Positions 28,673 through 35,973 of a stretch of DNA of 64,000 nt are shown in pieces. The stretch comes from a virus: positions 1 through 64,000 of the IMG/VR virus record IMGVR_UViG_3300028840_007026, one strand, 5' to 3'. The notes beneath the pieces were generated by a model that was not told where the DNA came from, searched no databases, and saw only the letters and a program-made list of their open reading frames with translations. A program made the translations under genes and the position numbers. The number at the start of each line of letters is the position of its first letter. The first letter of the stretch is position 1.

Positions 28673-29542
28673 TTAGACGTCCAGTTTACGTTTTACCTTG
28701 AAGTCAGGAACAGCTTTAATTTGTTTTGCGATCTTCTCCATCTTTTTCGAAACTTCTCCACGGAAGTCCTCGCTGTTCCTAAGTTTGTCGGCAGAGGTTT
28801 TCTTCATTTGGATGCGAAGGGATCTCATTATGGATTTCATTTTCTTCCCATCAATATTGTCTTTCCAGAGATCATCCCACTTGCCAAGAAACTTATCAAG
28901 GGCATTAATCGTTCCAGCGTTGATCTTGTCATTGTCGCACTGTTCTTTTAATTTCTCAATGCGAGCGAGCAACGTGCTGCCAATGATATTGACAGCCATC
29001 ATCTCCATCTCATTTGCCATGGATTGAAACTTCTCCCTTTCCCTTTTGTACATCGAAGCAGTTAGTATACCTGCATCTTTATCGGGAAGTTGAAACTGGA
29101 AAAATCTCCAAAAGAAATCATGTTTTGCTCTGATTGAATCTGCCGAAGGGTAGTTTGTTTCATCGTAGTACTCGGGGTACTTGGTTTTAAAGCTACGCTT
29201 TAATGACCCCATTTTCTTAACAAGCTTATCCGTGAGTTCAGCGTATTCGGCTTTGAGTTCAGTAAACACCTTGTCCAAATACTCAATCTTGTGTTTGGGT
29301 ACCCAGAACACTCCGTCGACAGGAAACGGCATGGAACTATTGAGAAGTTCCCTTTTTGTTGCCCGTTTTACTGCGAGAAGATCGTCGATGATAGTTCTAT
29401 CATCTACCAGATCCTGGACACCGCGAACGATTTCAGACGGAACATCAGGTCCCAGCTTGTCTTTACTCAGTTTGGTGTAAGCTCCCCAACGGCTAACTTT
29501 CAATTGACAAAGGACGCCTTCATTTAATTGTTCGACTTTCAT
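28673..29542 (-). CDS. Helical early protein, DUF3150-like
   Basis: LKVSRW, PFPVDGVFWVP, YPSADSIRAKHDF pattern; family call from memory. Confidence 0.55.
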   Translation of the reverse strand: MKVEQLNEGVLCQLKVSRWGAYTKLSKDKLGPDVPSEIVRGVQDLVDDRTIIDDLLAVKRATKRELLNSSMPFPVDGVFWVPKHKIEYLDKVFTELKAEYAELTDKLVKKMGSLKRSFKTKYPEYYDETNYPSADSIRAKHDFFWRFFQFQLPDKDAGILTASMYKREREKFQSMANEMEMMAVNIIGSTLLARIEKLKEQCDNDKINAGTINALDKFLGKWDDLWKDNIDGKKMKSIMRSLRIQMKKTSADKLRNSEDFRGEVSKKMEKIAKQIKAVPDFKVKRKLDV

Positions 29543-29567
29543 AAATCCTCCTATAAGTTAGTAGTAA

Positions 29568-29628
29568 AAGTTGCCTCATCAGATAACAAGTTCTTATCTT
29601 GCTATGACCGCCCGAAGGCGGTTTCGGC
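29568..29628 (-). ncRNA. Type II hammerhead ribozyme HH4
   Basis: GCC-GAAA-CCGCC(UUCG)GGCG-GUC/AUAGCAAG(AUAAGAA)CUUGUUAU-CUGAUGA-GGC; pseudoknot AAG/CUU; cut at 29606/29605. Confidence 0.92.
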
Positions 29629-30035
29629 TAATATTCCAATGTAATCAGAATATCCCCATTGGTGTCCTTCTCAGTAAATACACCCTCAATTTCCGTGTAG
29701 TCAATGTTCTTCAATACTACACTGGAATTGTACTTTTGGAGCGTCAACCCGAGCAAATCCATTGTTGAACATTCCTCACCGTATGGTCCTATTACTGTAC
29801 GATCGCTACCAAAGTGATCATACCTAATACTACCGTCTGGACTTATTGCTAACGGGTATGCCCAGCCTTTGAGATGGACCTCTGCGATTGCATTGTTAAC
29901 ACTATTATGACCATAGTGTTTAACTGCAAAGGCTTTCCCACCCAAGTACTTTACTCGATGACCGAGTTCTTTACAGATGGTACAGAAAGTTTCAACGTCA
30001 GTCACTTTTTGTGCATAGCGAGTTGTATGGCTCAT
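29628..30035 (-). CDS. DUF1257/Ycf35-like protein
   Basis: MSHTT..KVTD, GWAYP, YDHFG, LQKY, GDILITL. Confidence 0.7.
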   Translation of the reverse strand: MSHTTRYAQKVTDVETFCTICKELGHRVKYLGGKAFAVKHYGHNSVNNAIAEVHLKGWAYPLAISPDGSIRYDHFGSDRTVIGPYGEECSTMDLLGLTLQKYNSSVVLKNIDYTEIEGVFTEKDTNGDILITLEY

Positions 30036-30082
30036 TTTTATTTCCTTTTTAGTTTGGTAGTAAAATGTTTTTTGAGAATTAA

Positions 30083-30295
30083 TCATCCGCACCATTCACT
30101 CGGAAGACCATTTGAGATTGTTTCTTTGTTTTCCCAGTAGCTATCCTTATAGTTACGCTGCTGGTCATTACCACCGAACAACTTGTCAAGGAATGCGGTT
30201 GCTTCTTCACAGCTACCGCCTTTAAAGTTGAATGCTTCGACACGTACTGAACCATTTTTCCCTAAAGTGATTTTTACTTTACGTTTTTCTTCCAT
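30083..30295 (-). CDS. DUF2997-like protein
   Basis: ITLGKNGSVRVEAFNFKGGSCEEATAFL. Confidence 0.8.
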   Translation of the reverse strand: MEEKRKVKITLGKNGSVRVEAFNFKGGSCEEATAFLDKLFGGNDQQRNYKDSYWENKETISNGLPSEWCG

Positions 30296-30323
30296 TTTAT
30301 CCTCCTATAAGTTAATTGTGTTA

Positions 30324-30389
30324 TGGCTTGCCTCATCAGTGCTACCGTAGCCAGTGGTAGCAGACGGGCCTGAATCGGCCCGTTTCGGC
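30324..30389 (-). ncRNA. Type II hammerhead ribozyme HH5
   Basis: GCC-GAAA-CGGGCC(GAUUCA)GGCCC-GUC/UGCUACC(ACUGGCUAC)GGUAGCA-CUGAUGA-GGC; pseudoknot UGGCU/AGCCA; cut at 30363/30362. Confidence 0.92.
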
Positions 30390-30392
30390 GAG

Positions 30393-31805
30393 TTATTTAT
30401 CGATGCGACGTCTTCCCGGCCGTTTAACTGTTCGCGTTTCCATAACGGTTTCAGCGGGTATCGTTCGGCCTTTTGCCCAATCCCTTAGTCTTGCAATGCT
30501 TTCCCCTGCCGTTTTTGCTTGTGGAATAATGGCTTTCGAAGCCTCAATAAGCGATACTCCTCTCATGTCGGCAATGTGAACCAATGCTTCGATTTCAGCG
30601 CCGGAGAAGTCAACAAGTGAAGGTGTTTTTTGTTTTGGGAGATTCGCATTTACCCTGTAGTGTTCCAGAATAGAACTTGCAACTTTTTGGGAAGGGTAGT
30701 CGATGAAAAAGGGAGATGAATCCCAGCGACCAGGACGCAAATACTCGTTTGGAATTCCCTCAAAGCTATTTGCTGTCCCAACAATGTAAACCCCTTTCGG
30801 ACGGTTTTGCAGAAAGTCTAACCACCGACCAGTCGCACGTCGTGTTGTACCACTATCGAGCGAACCATCGCTATTACTACCAGCGAACTGCTTTTCGAAT
30901 TCGTCGATGAGAACTACACATTCACCAATTGAACAAATGATTTCGATCGCAGTATTGATATTCTGGTCGGTTTCCCCTTGAAACTTAGAAAATAACGAAC
31001 CCATATTGATGGAAAGACCGAATTTCTTAGTCTCACCGACAATTGCTTTCATTAGGGTAGTCTTACAACATCCCGGAGGGCCGATCGTAATAATGCCTTT
31101 TGCTTTTGGATTATCGATCGTCGAAAGGATAAACTGCTTTATGTTATCGTATCCAACCACATCCTTGAACGTAAGATTTCCATCGAGAACATCGAGAAAA
31201 CCGGTTTTCCGTATTGCTTGAGCCTTGTGCTCGTTGATCGTCTCAATACTAAAACCTTTTCCGTTCGACTCAACTAATGAAAGCGCGAGAACGTTATCAA
31301 GTTCACTTCGACTCAACCCCTTACAACTGTTAGCTACTTTCGTTATTTCTTCGGGTGAAAGGTTTTTGTCTGCCATTTCTTGAATCGCGGTAGTAATTTC
31401 AGGACCGTTAGGAAGTGGAAGATCAATAAGAACATACTCTTTTTCCAGCTCCACCGGTAGTTTTTTTGAATGGGACACGCAGATAATTGCTTTCCCCTGA
31501 GATGACCAGAGTTTAGCATTGTCTTTTATGTGCTGAATGACCTGAGGCTTTTCAGCAAACCAGTGCCAATTGTAAAGAAAAATAACCGTTAATTCTTCGG
31601 CCTGATCCAGAACCTGAAGCGGTTCTCTCGGGTCGTTTCCTTTTGCCAAGGACCATTCCCTGACGGAGTACTTCCCGCCATCTTTACGTTCAAAGTTTTT
31701 AATGGTTTCATACACCTTTTCCCTTACGAAGTCATGCTCAGAAGTTCGGAGCCAAAACGTTGAAAAACCTGCACGTAGATAATTAATGATCTTGTCAGCT
31801 TTCAT
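30393..31805 (-). CDS. Ycf46-like AAA+ ATPase
   Basis: LPVELEK, GPPGCCKT, IDEFEK, TAN, LRPGRWD, FSGAEIE, LRDWAKGR. Confidence 0.85.
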   Translation of the reverse strand: MKADKIINYLRAGFSTFWLRTSEHDFVREKVYETIKNFERKDGGKYSVREWSLAKGNDPREPLQVLDQAEELTVIFLYNWHWFAEKPQVIQHIKDNAKLWSSQGKAIICVSHSKKLPVELEKEYVLIDLPLPNGPEITTAIQEMADKNLSPEEITKVANSCKGLSRSELDNVLALSLVESNGKGFSIETINEHKAQAIRKTGFLDVLDGNLTFKDVVGYDNIKQFILSTIDNPKAKGIITIGPPGCCKTTLMKAIVGETKKFGLSINMGSLFSKFQGETDQNINTAIEIICSIGECVVLIDEFEKQFAGSNSDGSLDSGTTRRATGRWLDFLQNRPKGVYIVGTANSFEGIPNEYLRPGRWDSSPFFIDYPSQKVASSILEHYRVNANLPKQKTPSLVDFSGAEIEALVHIADMRGVSLIEASKAIIPQAKTAGESIARLRDWAKGRTIPAETVMETRTVKRPGRRRIDK

Positions 31806-31830
31806 AAATCCTCCTATAAGTTAGTAGTAA

Positions 31831-31897
31831 AGGTTACCTCATCAGTACCCAAGTTCCTATCTTAGGTAAACGGGAGAAGTATTTCTCCCGTTTCGGC
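31831..31897 (-). ncRNA. Type II hammerhead ribozyme HH6 (GUU cleavage triplet)
   Basis: GCC-GAAA-CGGGAGAA(AUAC)UUCUCCC-GUU/UACCUAAG(AUAGGAA)CUUGGGUA-CUGAUGA-GGU; pseudoknot AGG/CCU; cut at 31869/31868. Confidence 0.88.
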
Positions 31898-32221
31898 TTA
31901 TGCTGTTTCAACTCTGTATCTTGGATCGTATTCCCAGTCACTACTGTCTGGGAACAACCTCAAGAATATTTCGTAAGCTTTGTAACCGGAAGTTCTCCGG
32001 TTGTATTCTTTTTTGATTTCTTTCATGCTACGAATACCATACTCGGAAAACAGCCTTTCGAATTCGTTTTTTACTCCCTTGAAATAACCTCTGTACATAT
32101 CCTGGAAACACTCTCCTGGTGCACCCCACAGAGACATATCATTATCCATTGCTTCTATGTCTTCCGCCATTTGATAGAATTTACTCAGGATCATTCCAAA
32201 TGATTTTTTCCAATCTTTCAT
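31898..32221 (-). CDS. Hypothetical early protein (start MKDWKK)
   Basis: AGGAGG RBS downstream of HH7; stop abuts HH6. Confidence 0.7.
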   Translation of the reverse strand: MKDWKKSFGMILSKFYQMAEDIEAMDNDMSLWGAPGECFQDMYRGYFKGVKNEFERLFSEYGIRSMKEIKKEYNRRTSGYKAYEIFLRLFPDSSDWEYDPRYRVETA

Positions 32222-32241
32222 AATTCCTCCTTTGTGGTTGT

Positions 32242-32304
32242 TGACTTGTCTCATCAGCGGTCAGGTTGTCACCCTGTACCGGACTCCCCAAAGGGAGTTT
32301 CGAC
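32242..32304 (-). ncRNA. Type II hammerhead ribozyme HH7
   Basis: GUC-GAAA-CUCCC(UUUG)GGGA-GUC/CGGU(A)CAGG(GUGACAA)CCUGACCG-CUGAUGA-GAC; stem II covaries (GUC/GAC); pseudoknot UGAC/GUCA; cut at 32282/32281. Confidence 0.92.
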
Positions 32305-32516
32305 TATGCTACTTGAAGATCGAGCGAAGCGTAATCAACACGAGCCCAAAACTCGTCCCATGATTCGTCTTCGTTTAACGGTTGAGAGTAGTAAACACAT
32401 TTCCCGTTTTCTTCAATTTCAACATGCCACTCGTTCCACTTCTCAAGGTATCTCAGGATAAAGGTTTGTCCGTCGATAATTTCTTTTTCTTTGATTGAGC
32501 GATCGATCTTTTTCAT
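32304..32516 (-). CDS. First early gene, small acidic protein (70 aa)
   Basis: TAAGGAGG RBS; the stop overlaps HH7 stem II. Confidence 0.7.
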   Translation of the reverse strand: MKKIDRSIKEKEIIDGQTFILRYLEKWNEWHVEIEENGKCVYYSQPLNEDESWDEFWARVDYASLDLQVA

Positions 32517-33150
32517 AATGCCTCCTTAATAAGATTCATATATTTGCCTGTCCCAAACACTTTAAAGCCTTCAAACGGCTCCTGAGGGCTCCACTCAAAG
32601 GCTTTAAGGTGGAGGCGAATATAAATACTCGCCTCCGGGTAGGCTCAACTTAAAAGGAGGAGGATATATTGCATAGCTGCGACAGTACTGAGAATATTCC
32701 TGTCGGTTTTCCAAATGATTCCGACTTGGTTTTACTTAACTTATTCAAACCAATTGTTCCTTGTCGGCACGTTTTTTTTCAAATGGGTTTCACTATGGCT
32801 TGCCAGCACATATTCAGCATAGTTTCAACCGGTGGCCGGTGGTTTTCTATGCTGCCTGGTATCAGAAGTTCGAGATTTTTTAATCTTGCGTTATCAACGG
32901 AATGTTTTTTTCTACCATATCCGAATCCGGATTTTTATCCGGCCGTTTTTTTGTTTCCTCGGAAACGTTTTCGGTCATGCAATTTTACTCACATGGAAAA
33001 TGCGAACTTAGGTAGTAGTTCGATCCCGTTTTTTCAACCAGTATTTTAAAAGAAAAAAGTCGCAATATGTTTTGTTTTATCAACAGCCTTTCGGTCATTG
33101 AATAGCTGAACGCGACCAGTGCAGCGGGTGAACATGTTTTAAAAGAACAT
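32517..33150 (-). ncRNA. Candidate long structured leader / ncRNA of the early operon
   Basis: No credible sense ORF; many hairpins with A-rich linkers; long-range atattgc/gcaatat pair. Confidence 0.45.
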
Positions 33151-33205
33151 GTTCTTGATATCACAATAAATTAAAAAACACAACATCTTTTTTTATTTTT
33201 TTTGA
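33143..33205 (-). promoter_or_regulatory. Putative early promoter with UP element and a palindromic operator
   Basis: A-tracts; TTGTGT-17 nt-TATCAA with TG extension; 14-bp palindrome AAGAACATGTTCTT at 33143-33156. Confidence 0.5.
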
Positions 33206-33304
33206 ATAGGTGATCGTACGGAAAATAACACAATTCCAGCCATTTATATTTGATGTCAGGTTACCCCTAAAAATATTTTTTTGCACAAGTTAACATAATC
33301 CCTA

Positions 33305-33332
33305 TTGAATTAAGCCTGAAAATAGCTATATT
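33305..33332 (+). promoter_or_regulatory. Putative rightward promoter for packaging/structural genes
   Basis: TTGAAT-16 nt-TATATT. Confidence 0.4.
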
Positions 33333-33576
33333 ACAGCCAACCTACCTGGTAGCGGGTAACCCCTATCTGGCCTATGTTTTACTACCCCTTGAGACCAGTT
33401 AGAGCACAATACTATTTCGGCCTGAGAGAGACTATGTGTCAGTTCGCCAAGGGGGTTTTCGGCAAATCCTCATTTCGGTGATAAGGCAAATAAGGAAGAT
33501 AGATATTGCCTTATGGAAAGGAGTGTTTTAATGGGTCACTTTATAGTAGTAAACCTTTAGATGTGAGAACTTGGAT

Positions 33577-34113
33577 ATGGCAAGACCGGGAAGACAACTA
33601 AGGAGAAGGCATACAGGGAGACAAAGAAACTTTACTCCACGAGTAAGGACTTTGTTGTATGCTGCAATTCGAGCAGATCTACCATATAAAAGGGCTTGTG
33701 AGATCTGTGGAGTCAACTACCGGAATTTCAATTATTGGATGCAAAGGGGAAAGACGGATCCAGAACATAGTATATATACACAGTTCAGAAGATATATCCG
33801 TAGGATTGAGGCGAGAAAAGAAATCCAACTCCTTGAAGTAATTGATAAGGTAGCAGTCGGGAATTACAAGATAAGGGAAATGGAGATATCCTTTTCTCCT
33901 GATAAGGGACGCTCCTGGAAGACGAAGACGAAGATAATCAGGCCTGACTGGAAGGCAGCTGCATGGCGATTGGAGAGAAAATACAGAGATGACTATGGAC
34001 AGTTTGATCCGACGGTGATTACTTCCAAGTCCCCTGAAGAAATAGCTCAGGAGATAAGGGATGCAACACTTGAATTGGAAAGATCTGTTCCAACGGAGGA
34101 GGAAATAGCATGA
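33577..34113 (+). CDS. terS: Terminase small subunit
   Basis: HTH (ACEICGVNYRNFNYW) and DWKAAAWRLERKY; coupled to TerL. Confidence 0.75.
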   Translation: MARPGRQLRRRHTGRQRNFTPRVRTLLYAAIRADLPYKRACEICGVNYRNFNYWMQRGKTDPEHSIYTQFRRYIRRIEARKEIQLLEVIDKVAVGNYKIREMEISFSPDKGRSWKTKTKIIRPDWKAAAWRLERKYRDDYGQFDPTVITSKSPEEIAQEIRDATLELERSVPTEEEIA

Positions 34114-35510
34114 GCATTAATCCCCCTTCTATGAATTCTATTCTCAACGTGACGCCATTGCGATATCACCCTGTACAAGCGAAACTATGGAGAAGCAAAA
34201 CCCGTTTTGATATAGTATATGCAGGGAGAAGATCAGGCAAAACGGAAATAAAAGGAAAGAGACAAGCAGCAAAAGCAGCATTAGAAGGAAACGAAGGTAG
34301 ATTCCCTAATTGGAGAGGATTTGTCTCAGCTCCTACACGTGATCAGGCCAAAACTATCTACTGGGAAGACCTTAAGAGATTACTACCTCCCCCGCTGAGA
34401 GCACGACCTGCCAGCGAATCCAAGTTAACCTTATATGTCTATAACAAGTACGGAACGATTTCAGAACTCCACGTTTTAGGAATGGACAGGCCGGAACGTG
34501 TTGAGGGTAGTCCTTGGGACTGGGGATTACTTGATGAATATGGGAATATGAAACCGGAAACATGGGGAGCACATGTACGTCCGGCTCTATCAGATAGGAA
34601 AGGGAAGTGTTCGTTTATTGGTGTACCGGAAGGGAGAAATCATTATTATGATCTGGTTAAAGATGCTGAAGCGAGTACTTTAGTTGATTCCAGCGGGAAT
34701 AAGGTATGGTCCACATATCATTGGTTGAGCGAAGATATATTAGATGCAGATGAAATCATTCAGGCAAAACAGGATCTTGATGAACTGACATACGAGCAGG
34801 AGTATTGTGGATCGTTTGTAGTCTTCTCAGGTCTGGCATACTATAAGTTCAATTCCCACTTGCATACGTCTGGATGCAAAAAGCATTACGATCCATCTTC
34901 TCCGCTAATCTTTTGCTTCGACTTCAACGTTGCACCGGGAACTGCGAGTGTACTGCAAGAAATGTCGGATGTAGATGAATGGCCTATTTCGCAGGTTCCT
35001 ATTGTCGGTCATACGATTACTTCCCAGATTGGAGAAGTTTATATAAAACGAAACTCCAACACTGAGAAGGTATGCGATAAACTGATCGATGACTGGGGGG
35101 ATCATACAGGACTTGTTTTTATATATGGGGATGCGACTGGCGGTGCTGGTGGTTCTGCGAAGGTGAGAGGATCTGACTGGGATCTGGTGAAGCAGAAACT
35201 CTATCCACAATTTGGGAATCGGCTTGTATTCAAAATAAGAAAAAGTAACCCCAGAGAACGACGTAGAATTAATTGCGTGAATTCTCGTCTCATGTCCATG
35301 ACAGGCAATATCCATTATCAGGTAGATAAATCTTGTGTAAACACAATAAAGGATTTTGAGGGAGTAAAGATCCTGGAAGGTAGTGTTGGAGAAATTGACA
35401 AGAAATCAGATCCAATGCTTTCCCACTTAACGGACGGAATTGGCTACTATATCGAACGTGAGTTCCCGATTATTAAGTTGCAGCCACAGACGTCCAAATT
35501 TTGGAAGTAA
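34110..35510 (+). CDS. terL: Terminase large subunit
   Basis: AGRRSGKT, APTRDQAK, LLDE, EQEY, DFNV, HLTDGIGY. Confidence 0.95.
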   Translation: MSINPPSMNSILNVTPLRYHPVQAKLWRSKTRFDIVYAGRRSGKTEIKGKRQAAKAALEGNEGRFPNWRGFVSAPTRDQAKTIYWEDLKRLLPPPLRARPASESKLTLYVYNKYGTISELHVLGMDRPERVEGSPWDWGLLDEYGNMKPETWGAHVRPALSDRKGKCSFIGVPEGRNHYYDLVKDAEASTLVDSSGNKVWSTYHWLSEDILDADEIIQAKQDLDELTYEQEYCGSFVVFSGLAYYKFNSHLHTSGCKKHYDPSSPLIFCFDFNVAPGTASVLQEMSDVDEWPISQVPIVGHTITSQIGEVYIKRNSNTEKVCDKLIDDWGDHTGLVFIYGDATGGAGGSAKVRGSDWDLVKQKLYPQFGNRLVFKIRKSNPRERRRINCVNSRLMSMTGNIHYQVDKSCVNTIKDFEGVKILEGSVGEIDKKSDPMLSHLTDGIGYYIEREFPIIKLQPQTSKFWK

Positions 35511-35523
35511 AGGAGAAAAAGAA

Positions 35524-35973
35524 ATGGCGAACCCTTTTGAATACAACGACGTGGAGAAGGTTATTAATTACGCTTGTGGATCAAATAAACTATGCTTCTA
35601 CCAGGATAGGGAAAGCGGAACGGAAGATTATCAGGTAGTATCGTATACTCAGATTGGTGGTTCACTTTCCCCTATCCCCTGTAAGTTTGAACCCTTTTGC
35701 GAATTCAAGCTCCCGAAGGCGAACATAAGACCGGTTCAGATAGTGAGGCACAATTTCGATTTTAAGAAGATGGCCGAGGCAATGGGATTGCATGATGAGA
35801 AGACCGATCCTCCATCTAACGATGGTCCCTTTCGCGGTGCGGAGTTTACGAAGGAGCACTTTGAATCGAATGCAGAAGAACTGCTTGAACGACTTAAGGA
35901 CCGTCCACAGGAAAACCACGGACTCTTGAGAACTTCCGAAGACGTAGGTGTCCCGGATAAGGAAAGTAAATAA
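35524..35973 (+). CDS. Hypothetical protein (start MANPFE)
   Basis: AAGGAG RBS; coupled to the next gene. Confidence 0.6.
   Translation: MANPFEYNDVEKVINYACGSNKLCFYQDRESGTEDYQVVSYTQIGGSLSPIPCKFEPFCEFKLPKANIRPVQIVRHNFDFKKMAEAMGLHDEKTDPPSNDGPFRGAEFTKEHFESNAEELLERLKDRPQENHGLLRTSEDVGVPDKESK

Noticed and set aside
30036-30082. Gap between the DUF2997-like and DUF1257-like genes
   Set aside because: It has the UUUACUAC leader motif seen after several ribozymes but no hammerhead core.
27171-32306. Intergenic repeats read as a CRISPR array, integron attC sites or plain terminators
   Set aside because: The spacers are whole genes, the stems vary while the CUGAUGA/GAAA/GUH core is fixed, and there are no U-tracts; a hammerhead fold explains all of this.
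32669-33049. 126-aa plus-strand ORF preceded by AGGAGG
   Set aside because: TTG start, Phe-rich composition mirroring A-tracts of the opposite strand, and no plus-strand promoter seen; not fully excluded.
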